The position numbers and the translations under genes were made by a program. Shown here piece after piece: positions 50,936 through 60,696 of a DNA stretch of 64,000 bases. The DNA comes from Desulfatiglandales bacterium. GTDB taxonomy: Bacteria; Desulfobacterota; DSM-4660; Desulfatiglandales; Desulfatiglandaceae. Location: assembly GCA_963666345.1 (NCBI GenBank), contig OY762721.1:2784001-2848000 (forward strand). Direction: 5' to 3'. Position 1 is the first letter of the stretch. Each line of letters begins with the position of its first letter. The notes beneath the pieces were generated by a model. The model was not told where the DNA came from and did no database searches. It worked only from the letters and a program-made list of their open reading frames with translations.

Positions 50936-51766
50936 TTAGTCAATTTTGGAGGTATCTCCCAGATATGCCTTGATCACCTGGGGGTGGTTTTGTACGAAAT
51001 CTGGAGAACCTTCAGCGATTTTTACTCCGAAGTCCAAAACTGCAACTCTCTTGGATATGCTCATCACAATAGACATGTCATGTTCTACAAGGAGTATCGT
51101 CTGTTTCCACGCCTCATTAAGCTCAAGCAGGAATCGAACCATATCCTCTTTTTCCTCGAGGGTCATCCCCGCGAAGGGTTCATCCAGAACAAGCAGCTTT
51201 GGTTCAAGCGCGAGAGCACGTCCGAGTTCAACTCGTTTTCTCATCCCATAGGGAAGCGATCCAACCAAGCTTTTTCTGATTGACTGCATTTCGAGGAAAT
51301 CGATTAGTTCTTCCAGAACTTCTCTGTGCCGTACTTCCTCGTCTTTGACCTTTTTGGAAAAGATCGACGCCCGCCCAAGATCGTATTTACAGTGAACATG
51401 CCTTGCCAGAAGCATGTTGGAAAGAACGGTCATGCCTGGAAACAGTTCAATGTTTTGATAAGTTCTGCCTATGCCTGTTTTGGTAAGATGATGAGTAGAT
51501 AAGTGAGTGACATCTTCTCCATTGAAAAATATCTGGCCTTCCTGCGGCTTATAATACCCGGTAATACAATTCAGGAGGCTCGTCTTTCCTGCGCCGTTTG
51601 GTCCAATCAGAGCTACTAACTCCCCTGAGTGAACAGCCAGGTCGATCTTGTTAAGGGCGGTTATTCCGCCAAACATTAATGTCAGTCTCTTCACCTCCAG
51701 TTCCGCCCGTTTTTCTTCGGGTGAAACCGAGGCGAAGATGCTTGGTTCCCCTCGGAAGGCCTTCAT
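50936..51766 (-). CDS. HAAT-family ABC transporter ATP-binding protein (LivG-like)
   Basis: GPNGAGKT, LPYG, LDEPFAG, VEHDM, AYLG. Confidence 0.92.
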   Translation of the reverse strand: MKAFRGEPSIFASVSPEEKRAELEVKRLTLMFGGITALNKIDLAVHSGELVALIGPNGAGKTSLLNCITGYYKPQEGQIFFNGEDVTHLSTHHLTKTGIGRTYQNIELFPGMTVLSNMLLARHVHCKYDLGRASIFSKKVKDEEVRHREVLEELIDFLEMQSIRKSLVGSLPYGMRKRVELGRALALEPKLLVLDEPFAGMTLEEKEDMVRFLLELNEAWKQTILLVEHDMSIVMSISKRVAVLDFGVKIAEGSPDFVQNHPQVIKAYLGDTSKID

Positions 51767-52971
51767 TTTAGAATTTTAACCTTTTCTTTTCCCGGTTTCC
51801 AGAAGCTGGTGAGAGGTGTAAAAGTCTGATCTTCGTTAATCTTAACAATTCTTGCGGTAAAGGATGCGCTGTGGTCGGTTTCGGTGTAGGTGATGTTTGG
51901 TACAAGCCCTCCGAAGCTTTCATCCCTGAATGTTTCAAGGGCCTTATTTATTGTTTCGCTATCTACCTTGCCGAATTTTTCGTGTGCCCTGAGAAAGGCC
52001 TTTTCCATTATAGCGGCTATGGTTACACCCTCCCAGTAGGCGGTATCAAATTTTGACACGGTCTTGTATCTTTTCCATAATTCCTGAATCAGCTCCATCC
52101 CGGGCGTATTATCGGCGGGAAGACAACCGGGAAACTGCATATGCATGCGGTCCCTTATAGTGCCTTTACCCCTTTTGAAGAAATCGGGGTCAGTGGATGT
52201 CCAGGTGCCGAAAAAGGGAACGTCATATTTAGCCCTGTCAGAGGCTTGGAGTGCCATGATAATGGCGGAAGGCAGGCATTGCATAAAAATATACTCTGCT
52301 CCGGCATCCTTGAGCTTCAGAAGTTCTGTGTTGAGGTCAAGGGTTTTAGGGGGAAACTGTTCGATGCTTACTATGTTAATCCCGTGGGATCCCGCATATT
52401 CCTTGCTGGGGTCGTGGATGGATTTGCCATAGGCGTTATTGTAGGTCAAAAGCCCCACTTTTGGTGGGTTGCTGCCCTTGTGGATATTCTTAATATATTC
52501 CAGTACGGCGTAGCAATCCATGACGTAACTTCCGAAAGGCAGATAGGCGTAATTAACCGGAGGTTTTAGGATTCCTTGATAAGTGGAGTAATTTATATTC
52601 GGAATTTTGTACTTCTGGATTATGGGTTTGACCATTATTCCCGAGCCTGCGTCCCAGGTGGCTATCATGTCCATGTTGTCCTGAGTACAAAACTTTTTGA
52701 CATACTTAATTGCTTCAGGGACTTTGTAGGCGTGATCGACGACTGTCAGATCAATCTTCATCCCCGCAATTCCGCCCTTTACATCGTTGACATAGCGAAA
52801 ATAGTCCTGATGTCCTTTGGCATGGAACTGTCCCCATGTTGAGGCCGGACCGGTTAGATTAATCACTGCACCTACTTTTATGTCTTTCGCAGCGGTTCCG
52901 GTAACAGATCCTATAATGACCATCCCTACTACGGCTAACGAGACTGTTGCCAAAATACATAGCTTTCGCAT
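51763..52971 (-). CDS. HAAT-family ABC substrate-binding protein
   Basis: Signal peptide, IKVGAVINLTGP; operon context. Confidence 0.88.
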   Translation of the reverse strand: MRKLCILATVSLAVVGMVIIGSVTGTAAKDIKVGAVINLTGPASTWGQFHAKGHQDYFRYVNDVKGGIAGMKIDLTVVDHAYKVPEAIKYVKKFCTQDNMDMIATWDAGSGIMVKPIIQKYKIPNINYSTYQGILKPPVNYAYLPFGSYVMDCYAVLEYIKNIHKGSNPPKVGLLTYNNAYGKSIHDPSKEYAGSHGINIVSIEQFPPKTLDLNTELLKLKDAGAEYIFMQCLPSAIIMALQASDRAKYDVPFFGTWTSTDPDFFKRGKGTIRDRMHMQFPGCLPADNTPGMELIQELWKRYKTVSKFDTAYWEGVTIAAIMEKAFLRAHEKFGKVDSETINKALETFRDESFGGLVPNITYTETDHSASFTARIVKINEDQTFTPLTSFWKPGKEKVKILK

Positions 52972-53180
52972 TGCCTCTCCTCCTTTAATAAAGAGTTAAT
53001 TGCTTTTCCCCGAGGCCTATCTTCATTTATCACCTTCCTTTCCATAGTGGTTTAATTCCGATTGAATCTAGTTCAATATGACATTTTTTGTCAAGAGATA
53101 TTAAGCTATTTGTCGGCTATTTTTTTTATTTGCTACTAAAAAACCTTGACACATGCCAAATGGGGTGGTAATTCTTTCTT

Positions 53181-53200
53181 ATGAATGAATAGTCATTCAT
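53181..53200. promoter_or_regulatory. TetR/FadR-type operator
   Basis: atgaatga-atag-tcattcat palindrome just downstream of a TTGACA promoter (53146); matches the Bacillus FadR(YsiA) box form TGAATGAnTAnTCATTCA. Confidence 0.75.
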
Positions 53201-53224
53201 TATTACTTATATTGATAAAATAAA

Positions 53225-53815
53225 ATGAGTAAAAGAAAGAATAACATAAAGTATTTCAAAATAATAGATGCAGCCACTAAGGTTTTCGCAAAAAGAGGCT
53301 TTTATCAGGCAAAGATATCGGAGATTGCCAAAGAAGCCGGAATAGCCGATGGGACTGTGTATATTTATTTTGAAAACAAGGATGATATCCTGATTTCCCT
53401 GTTTGAGGAACAGATGAAATCTGTTCTGAATAATATGGTTTCCCGGATTTCCGAGGAGGATGACCCTGTTAGGAAGTTTGAGATATTTGCGCTGACCCAC
53501 CTCAGGTTGATCGAAGAACACAAGGATATGGCTGAGATCATACAGGTCGAATTGAGGCAGAGCAGCAAATTTATGAAAGAGTACCGCAACGAGAAATTCG
53601 CCCAGTATCTTGACATAATAGGTGAGATTATACTGGAAGGTCAAAAGGAGGGGACCTTTAAAAGGGATGTCGTTCCCGGTATAGCCAAAAGGGCTTTTTT
53701 CGGGGCTCTAGACGAGATGTCACGATTCTGGGTATTGTCAAGCAGAAAACAGTATGATATTAGGACTGCTGCAAGGCAGATAACCAGCTTTTTTTTAGAG
53801 GGAATCAGGGCATAG
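53225..53815 (+). CDS. TetR-family regulator, Bacillus FadR/YsiA-like
   Basis: IAKEAGIADGTVYIYFENKDDILISLFEE HTH; QVELRQS. Confidence 0.9.
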   Translation: MSKRKNNIKYFKIIDAATKVFAKRGFYQAKISEIAKEAGIADGTVYIYFENKDDILISLFEEQMKSVLNNMVSRISEEDDPVRKFEIFALTHLRLIEEHKDMAEIIQVELRQSSKFMKEYRNEKFAQYLDIIGEIILEGQKEGTFKRDVVPGIAKRAFFGALDEMSRFWVLSSRKQYDIRTAARQITSFFLEGIRA

Positions 53816-54118
53816 ATCATTTGCAGACCAAAGGGTCAATCTGCTCTCTATTTTTTATCGCACCTGCGCGAATTATACTTCTTGAAATAAGCGATCGCCA
53901 TCTATAATGTCGGTTTGATCCGAACCTAATCCGGTTTTCTATCCTAAAGGTCTGCATGAGAGTCTCCCGTGTTACAGCCGTTTGCCGGCAATGCCCCTTT
54001 ACATTTTGTAAAAATGATTGACAGTTCTGCCAGATAAATAATGTGTTACGCAGCATTAAATCCTTGAATCTTGGCTGTTCTCTTTAAGATAAAGGCCTTT
54101 TTGAATGTTCCATCCTTT

Positions 54119-54280
54119 GATGGTAAGTTAAAAAGGCAAGATTGAGACGGCACGGTAAGAGGTTCTAATGCAAATATTGAGAGCAATGATAAATAGTTAT
54201 CCCGCTTCCAGCGGGATTGCTGTGATGAAAGATCAAGCATACCGCTTGAGGCGGGACAGTCGGACTTTTACGAAGCCGTC
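54119..54280. repeat. Degenerate second copy of the MITE/REP-like repeat
   Basis: ttgagacggcacggtaagaggttc..tgatgaaagatcaagcata..ggacttttacgaagccgtc aligns by eye with 20249-20376; extra hairpins cccgcttccagcggg and ccgcttgaggcgg. Confidence 0.7.
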
Positions 54281-54286
54281 AGCCTT

Positions 54287-54302
54287 TGGCATATCATTTG
54301 CT
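54287..54302 (+). promoter_or_regulatory. Sigma54 (-24/-12) promoter candidate for the second etfBA
   Basis: TGGCAT-ATCAT-TTGCT with GG-N10-GC spacing. Confidence 0.6.
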
Positions 54303-54503
54303 GTATAATAGGGATATCAAAGGGGGAAAGGGTTTCTGCTGCAGTAAAAATTAAAACATTTTGACAAGGGGTGCTCTTGGTATTGGCCATTGGTATTTTG
54401 GTGGAAATTATGTCGGTGGGCCTGAATTCTTTTGCAATTTTATTGGCTCAATTGAATGTTGACGAAGGTTTTTAGAACTGATGCATGATGAAAGGAGGCT
54501 AAA

Positions 54504-55298
54504 GTGAATATTATTGTATGCTTGAAACAGGTGCCGGATACGGAAACCCAGATCAAAATTGCTTCTGACGGTAAGAGTATTGTTTCAGATGACATAAAAT
54601 GGGTAATGAACCCCTATGATGAATATGGAGTGGAAGAGGCCCTTCGGCTCAAGGAAAAATTCGGAGGCGAGGTGACGGTTGTAGGGCTGGGTCCGAAGCG
54701 GGTGACCGAGTCGATCAGGACGGCCCTGGCCATGGGAGCGGACAAGGGGGTTCTGATAAGCGAAGAGGCTCTGGAGGGAAGCGATTCCACTGCTACGGCC
54801 AAGGCGATTGGGGCGGCGATAAAAGATCTCGAATATGATCTTATTTTCACAGGTCAGAGAGGCGTGGATGATGATTCTGGTGTTGTGGGAGCGACTATTG
54901 CCGAATACTTGGGGATTCCTCAGGCCTCTATAATAACGAAGGTGGAGGTTGCGGAAGACGGTAAGTCAGTAAAGGTAACGAGGCCTGTGGAGGGAGAATC
55001 TCTCGTAATCGAATCGAGCCTTCCCTGTGTCATTACTGCGCAGAAGGGACTTAACGAACCGAGGTATGCATCATTGCCCGGCATTATGAAGGCGAAGAAG
55101 AAACCACTTGAAGAAAAGACCCTGGCGGATCTCGGATTGGATTCCTCGGAATTTGGTGAAAGCGCGCGCAAGTTGAAAATCCTTGAATTGATACCACCTC
55201 CGCAGAGGGAGGCCGGTAAGATCGTGGAGGGTGAGACACCCGAGGAAAAGGCCTCTGAATTGGCGAGATTGCTAAGGGAAGAGGCAAAGGTGATCTAA
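54504..55298 (+). CDS. etfB: Electron transfer flavoprotein beta subunit (second copy)
   Basis: VCLKQVPD, NPYDEYGVEEA, NEPRYASLPGIMKAKKK. Confidence 0.95.
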   Translation: MNIIVCLKQVPDTETQIKIASDGKSIVSDDIKWVMNPYDEYGVEEALRLKEKFGGEVTVVGLGPKRVTESIRTALAMGADKGVLISEEALEGSDSTATAKAIGAAIKDLEYDLIFTGQRGVDDDSGVVGATIAEYLGIPQASIITKVEVAEDGKSVKVTRPVEGESLVIESSLPCVITAQKGLNEPRYASLPGIMKAKKKPLEEKTLADLGLDSSEFGESARKLKILELIPPPQREAGKIVEGETPEEKASELARLLREEAKVI

Positions 55299-55391
55299 AT
55301 GTAGGCGGTGAGGTTAACCCTCAGATATTTCAAGCAGGAATGCGCAGGATCAGCTGAATGAAACCCAATTAATGTCGAGGAGATATACGAT

Positions 55392-56375
55392 ATGGCACAG
55401 GGAGTTTGGACAGTAGCGGAACAAAGAGACGGAGAGATAAGAAAGCTTACATATGAAATTGTGAGTGAAGGCCGACGTCTGGCAGATGCGATGGGCCAGG
55501 AACTGACAGTCCTTTTGCTTGGATCAAACATCAGGGAGAAGGCCTCTGAGTTGGGGAAATACGGGGCAGACAAGGTAATAGTAGCTGATGATCCGAGACT
55601 TGAAGTCTATACGACGGATGCATATGTCTCGGTCGTAGCCGAGCTGGCGGAGGCAGGCGAGCCCGCCTTTTTGCTCTTCGGCGCGTCGGTTCAGGGAAAA
55701 GACCTGTCGGCAAGAGTGTCCGCAAGGCTGGGAGTGGCAGTGGCACAGGACTGTACCGAGTTTTCAACCGAGGAAGGCAGACTGGTTGCGGTCAGACCTA
55801 TCTATGCGGGCAAAGCGTATGCAAGGGTTACCTTTGAGAACAGCTGGCCCAACATGGCTACGGCAAGGCCGAATGTGATGAGCATAGGCGAACCCGATAC
55901 ATCAAGGAGCGCTGAAGTAGTTGATGGGAGTTTCAGCCTGGACGACGGTGCGTTAAAGACCAGGGTGGTGGAGCGGCTCAAGGATGAAAGCGGTAAACTG
56001 GACCTTACAGAGGCTGACAAGATCGTGTCAGGCGGAAGGGGCATGAAAGGCCCTGAAAACTATGCGATACTTGAAGAACTGGCGGATCAGATAGGCGCCA
56101 CGGTGGGTGCCTCCCGTTCAGCCGTTGATGCGGGGTGGAGACCTCATTCGGATCAGGTGGGTCAAACAGGCAAGGTGGTTTCACCCAATCTCTATATCGC
56201 CTGCGGGATTTCAGGCGCAATTCAGCATCTGGCAGGCATGAGTACTTCCAAGGTAATAGTGGCGATTAACAAGGATCCGGACGCCCCTATCTTCCAGAAG
56301 GCCGACTATGGAGTCGTGGGTGATCTTTTTAATGTTGTTCCCGCCCTTAAAGAGGCTATAATCAAGATGCAATGA
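55392..56375 (+). CDS. etfA: Electron transfer flavoprotein alpha subunit (second copy)
   Basis: SGGRG, QVGQTGK, GISGAIQHLAGM. Confidence 0.95.
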   Translation: MAQGVWTVAEQRDGEIRKLTYEIVSEGRRLADAMGQELTVLLLGSNIREKASELGKYGADKVIVADDPRLEVYTTDAYVSVVAELAEAGEPAFLLFGASVQGKDLSARVSARLGVAVAQDCTEFSTEEGRLVAVRPIYAGKAYARVTFENSWPNMATARPNVMSIGEPDTSRSAEVVDGSFSLDDGALKTRVVERLKDESGKLDLTEADKIVSGGRGMKGPENYAILEELADQIGATVGASRSAVDAGWRPHSDQVGQTGKVVSPNLYIACGISGAIQHLAGMSTSKVIVAINKDPDAPIFQKADYGVVGDLFNVVPALKEAIIKMQ

Positions 56376-56760
56376 TGAAGGGGAGGGCTTCGATGGTCCA
56401 ATGTTCCGCCCCTGACCGGTTTATGCCTTGTCATGGGTAGTTGCGGACCGTTTAAGTTGGTCAACCAGCCATAAGGCTTTTGGTGCCGTGCTCATGAGGC
56501 CTTTTTGCCCCAAGCGCAGCGATTTACGGATGAGTCAATAATATCGAGCAACTTCTATAAAAGGCCCGGCCGCCCGTTATGAATCAATGCGGGCTGCAGG
56601 GCTTTTCTTTTTTCAGCGTGATTTTTGGGCCTTATCTTGCCTTTTGAGGGCATTTCTCCTTTAGCTGGAGATCGTACCGGTATTTTGTTAATATTATGCG
56701 GCATTATTTGATTGACAAAACAGAAGATTTTTATAGGATTGCACCTGTTATCCCTTTAAC

Positions 56761-56837
56761 GGCGGTGTAGCTCAGATGGTCAGAGCATGCGGCTCATATC
56801 CGCAGAGTCACTGGTTCAAATCCAGTCACCGCCACCA
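56761..56837 (+). tRNA. tRNA-Met(CAT), elongator type
   Basis: GGCGGTG/CACCGCC acceptor stem with G1-C72 paired, GCGG-CTCATAT-CCGC, GTTCAAATC, encoded CCA. Confidence 0.92.
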
Positions 56838-56923
56838 TTGAAAAATCTGGTCTCATCTATTGACATTTATCCCGGGGACCTTAATTTCTGCACGTGAGCC
56901 TTTCTGGTATATGAGGTACGACT

Positions 56924-57460
56924 GTGCAGTCATTTACTCCTAGTGAAATAAACGCTGTCAGTGACGCCTTGGAGGTCGCAGAAGAGGTGACAGCCAATTT
57001 TTATAAATTTTCCGGCGGCCAGTGGAAAAGGTTCCATTACGATATCAAAACGCTTCTTTCCCTCAAGGGGGAGGAGATTACAAATGACGCATTTGCCCTA
57101 TTGAACAAGGGCATAAGAGTAATCGACGAATTTGAATCAATAACAAAAAAGAGGGATTTTTATTATATATGCCTCCAGGATCATCAGATTTTGAAGGCAT
57201 TGAACAGAGATAATTATTTGGGGCTGTTTCCGCTTCTTGTCTATATATTGACTCATGAACTGGTCCATGTGGTGAGGTTCTGTAGCTATCTTCAGCGATT
57301 TGGACTTTCCAGCGAAGAGCGGGAAAAGGAGGAGCGTGTTGTTCATGCGACTACTTTTGATATTCTGAACGGTCTTCCGATGAACCGCTTGGGCTATGTC
57401 CTTGAATCTTATAAAGACCACAGATTATGCTCTTTCGGTTCCTGCAGCAACCCTAATTGA
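56924..57460 (+). CDS. Hypothetical protein with an HExxH (zincin-like) motif
   Basis: THELVH followed by a Glu-rich helix; GTG start with GAGG RBS. Confidence 0.7.
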   Translation: MQSFTPSEINAVSDALEVAEEVTANFYKFSGGQWKRFHYDIKTLLSLKGEEITNDAFALLNKGIRVIDEFESITKKRDFYYICLQDHQILKALNRDNYLGLFPLLVYILTHELVHVVRFCSYLQRFGLSSEEREKEERVVHATTFDILNGLPMNRLGYVLESYKDHRLCSFGSCSNPN

Positions 57461-57483
57461 TATACCATGGAGGCGAATTTCAA

Positions 57484-57771
57484 ATGCCGGTTTATGAATA
57501 TGAATGTACAAAATGCGGAAGTCACAAAGAGGCTATACAGAAATTTTCCGATGAACCTCTCACTGAATGCGAATTTTGCGGAGGGGAACTTAAAAAATTA
57601 ATTTCCCAAAGCACCTTCCATCTAAAAGGCACCGGTTGGTATGTAACCGATTATGCCTCTAAATCTTCTTCAAATCAGACGGGCCTTTCAAAGGCTAAAG
57701 AACCTTCCAAGGTCGAGACAAAGACGCCTTCCCAAAAGAGCGCCAAGAAGGAGACGAAAGATTCCCAGTAA
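57484..57771 (+). CDS. FmdB-family zinc-ribbon protein
   Basis: [31 protein letters not shown]. Confidence 0.9.
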   Translation: MPVYEYECTKCGSHKEAIQKFSDEPLTECEFCGGELKKLISQSTFHLKGTGWYVTDYASKSSSNQTGLSKAKEPSKVETKTPSQKSAKKETKDSQ

Positions 57772-57809
57772 TGGGATGGAAGACATTTAATTGAATGTAA
57801 GGATTTTTT

Positions 57810-58355
57810 ATGCAACCACGAGATACGGGTAGGGTTCAGGAAAAAATACTCAGACAACTGGAAAGGCAGGAGAAAAAACTTGCTTTTCAAAGGGACCGAT
57901 TCTTCAAGTTCAAACTACCGGAAATTCACAGCAAACTGACTCAGACGATCTTGATGAAAAAGGTGATTGAGACAGAAAACCCTGCTCTGTTATCCGATGC
58001 GATCAAAAAGGGTCTCAAAAAGGCCTTAAACAGCTCACAATTTGATTTTGATTATTTCATCGCCCCCCTCAGGAAAATCGTAACCCGTCCAAATCCCTAT
58101 TCACTCTATATGACCCAGTACATAGTGGAGATCCTGGTCGATGACCCGAACGTAATTGACGTATACGGGACAGATGAAGAGATATACCATATCGTAAACG
58201 AGGTATTCAGCCAGATCAATATCCAGTTCGAAAGGGCTGAGGAAGAGATAATCGGGAATCTGGCTCGAAACAAATCTCTTATGCCGGGAACAAGAGAGTA
58301 TGACATAGCCTTGGATGAACTTACCCGTAAAGCCTTTGGTAATCCGCAAAAATAA
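57810..58355 (+). CDS. Conserved hypothetical protein (possibly DUF507-like)
   Basis: Intact ORF in operon context; C-terminal PGTREYDI segment; family call tentative. Confidence 0.6.
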   Translation: MQPRDTGRVQEKILRQLERQEKKLAFQRDRFFKFKLPEIHSKLTQTILMKKVIETENPALLSDAIKKGLKKALNSSQFDFDYFIAPLRKIVTRPNPYSLYMTQYIVEILVDDPNVIDVYGTDEEIYHIVNEVFSQINIQFERAEEEIIGNLARNKSLMPGTREYDIALDELTRKAFGNPQK

Positions 58356-58382
58356 TACGGATATTAGAGATAGGAATTTTCC

Positions 58383-59330
58383 ATGAAAGAAAAAATCGCA
58401 TTTCTGTTTCCCGGACAGGGTTCTCAAGAAGTAGGCATGGGCCGGGACCTGTATGATAATTATTCTTCTTCAAAAGAGATCTTCCAGCAGGTGGACGAGA
58501 TCTGTAATAGGCCTATTTCAAGGATATGCTTCGAAGGTCCCATGGACAAATTGACTGTCACAGATACGCTCCAACCGGCTATAACCGCTGTAAGCGTCTC
58601 CTGCCTCACTGCCTTAAGGGAGTCGGGGGTGGAGGCGGATATTTCCGCCGGGCACAGCGTCGGCGAATACCCTGCGCTTGTTTCGGCCGGAGTAATAAGT
58701 GCCCGTGACTCTCTCAGGCTTGCACAAAAAAGGGGCGAGCTTATGAATCGGGAGGCCGTAAATAATCCGGGCGGAATGGCCGCAATAATAGGTATGGACA
58801 TGAAGGCCGTAATGGAGATAGTTGCCGAGGCCCGGGCCAGAGGTATTATCGATGTGGCAAACCATAATACGGCTCAACAGATAGTGATTACCGGGGAGAA
58901 AGAGGCCCTTGGCTATGCGGTTGAACTTGTCAAGGCAAGAAAGGCGAGGGCTATCCCACTGAAGGTAAGCGGTGCCTGGCACTCAAGATTGATGAAAGCG
59001 GCCTACAAGGATTTTGTTGATTTTTTAAAGGATATACCATTTTCAAGGCCGAAATCCCCGATGTTTTTCAATGCAACCGCCCAGGCGGAATCAGATCCTG
59101 AAACCATAAAAGGGATAATGGCAAAGCAGCTTCTCAGTCCGGTCAGGTGGTATGAAATAATTGTAAATATGCTTGAAGCGGGAGTCGTCACCTTTATTGA
59201 GGTAGGCCCCAAAAAGGTCCTTTCAGGTCTTGTGGGCAAGATAGTGCCCGATGATAAGAATGTGAAAATATACAACGTAAGTGGCTTGGAAGGCCTTGAA
59301 AATTTTTTGGCGGAATTCAAGAAGTCCTAG
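58383..59330 (+). CDS. fabD: Malonyl-CoA:ACP transacylase
   Basis: FPGQGSQ, GHSVGE, VSGAWHS, PVRW. Confidence 0.95.
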   Translation: MKEKIAFLFPGQGSQEVGMGRDLYDNYSSSKEIFQQVDEICNRPISRICFEGPMDKLTVTDTLQPAITAVSVSCLTALRESGVEADISAGHSVGEYPALVSAGVISARDSLRLAQKRGELMNREAVNNPGGMAAIIGMDMKAVMEIVAEARARGIIDVANHNTAQQIVITGEKEALGYAVELVKARKARAIPLKVSGAWHSRLMKAAYKDFVDFLKDIPFSRPKSPMFFNATAQAESDPETIKGIMAKQLLSPVRWYEIIVNMLEAGVVTFIEVGPKKVLSGLVGKIVPDDKNVKIYNVSGLEGLENFLAEFKKS

Positions 59331-59449
59331 ACTCTAAAAAAGATTACCCGTTAGTGAACGGACAAGCACTTTTCTCTTTCCAGGAGATATCTCTTTATCC
59401 TTATGCCACTTTTTTGTATGGGGCCGTATGATTTCTAGGCGTTCTCTTT

Positions 59450-60379
59450 TTATCCGCCGCTAGAAGATTTCCTGTAAAGCCTTCCCTGCCATGTGTCTCT
59501 CTTTTCAAGCATCTGTTCTATCAGTTTGAGGGTACCGTTTTTATCATTTGCCCAGCATGGAGCCAAAAGTTCCGATTTCAAGGGATCCCCGGTCAGCCTT
59601 TGAATAACCATGTCAGGCGGAATCAATTCCAGAAAATCCACCACGAGGCGTGCAAATTCATCCTGCTCAAGACATCTGAAATCCCCCTTTTTGTACATTT
59701 CGGCGAGCTCTGTCCCTTTTACCACATAGAGAAGATGCAGCTTTAAACCATGAATCGGAAGCCCAGCTATGAACCGTGCCGTTTCAAGCATCATCTGCCT
59801 TGTCTCGCCGGGCAGCCCTAGGATGACATGGGCGCACAGTGGTAGGCCGGATCGTTCAATCATGAGCGCGGCCCTTTCAAAGCATTTGACATCATGCCCC
59901 CTGTTGATAAGTTTCAAGGTTCGATCATGCGATGATTGAAGGCCCAGCTCGATCCAGGTCAGATAGTTTTCCTTATAGCCCTTAAGGATTTTCATGACAG
60001 GTTCACTTATGCAGTCAGGTCTTGTGGCTACTGAGAGTCCGACGATGTCATCGTGGCAAAGTGCCCTTTCGTAGAGTAACTTTAGTGCCGGTGGAGGGGC
60101 GTAGGTGTTGGAAAAGGACTGAAAATAGGCAATAAATTTGTGTGCCCCGTAGCGCTTTTTGATAAATGTCTTTGACCTTTCAATCTGTTCTTCAATGCTT
60201 AGGCCGTTTTTAATTAAGGCACCTGAACCGGAGCCCAGGCTGTTACAGAATATGCATCCCCGGCAAGAGATGGTGCCGTCCCTGTTCGGGCACCCAAGGC
60301 CTGCGTCAAGAGAAATCTTATGCACCCTCTGACCGAAATGTTCTCTCAAATAACCGCTGTAAGTCCTGAATCTTTTCAA
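59450..60379 (-). CDS. Radical SAM protein, YhcC/TIGR01212 family
   Basis: CPNRDG..GCIFC, YFQSFSNTY, TRPDC, ELGLQS. Confidence 0.9.
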   Translation of the reverse strand: MKRFRTYSGYLREHFGQRVHKISLDAGLGCPNRDGTISCRGCIFCNSLGSGSGALIKNGLSIEEQIERSKTFIKKRYGAHKFIAYFQSFSNTYAPPPALKLLYERALCHDDIVGLSVATRPDCISEPVMKILKGYKENYLTWIELGLQSSHDRTLKLINRGHDVKCFERAALMIERSGLPLCAHVILGLPGETRQMMLETARFIAGLPIHGLKLHLLYVVKGTELAEMYKKGDFRCLEQDEFARLVVDFLELIPPDMVIQRLTGDPLKSELLAPCWANDKNGTLKLIEQMLEKRDTWQGRLYRKSSSGG

Positions 60380-60696
60380 GTTTGATGCCTTTCAAAAATA
60401 GCATTGATATCCGAATTCATAATATGTAACCCATCAGAAGATAAGCTGTTGAATCCTTGTATCCTTAAGTTTTTTCTTCAGACAAGTTTTAGAAAAACCG
60501 GAAATATTTATAGGGGTGTAATTTTAACCGCTCCGGTCAGCTTTGCTCTTGATTAAAAGGGTCTTTCTGATACTATCAAATCCGCCTTTGAACGCAAACC
60601 GTTTTCATCCCGAGCCTTCGAGCCGATTGAGCCTGCAATATTTCTGAAGGTCTTTGCCTGTATTGAGGCTTTGACCTGCATAGGGGGTTGATTTTT

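Noticed and set aside
56761..56837. tRNA as an integration site, or as initiator tRNA
   Set aside because: No duplicated 3' end or integrase; the paired G1-C72 and lack of the GGG/CCC anticodon stem argue against fMet
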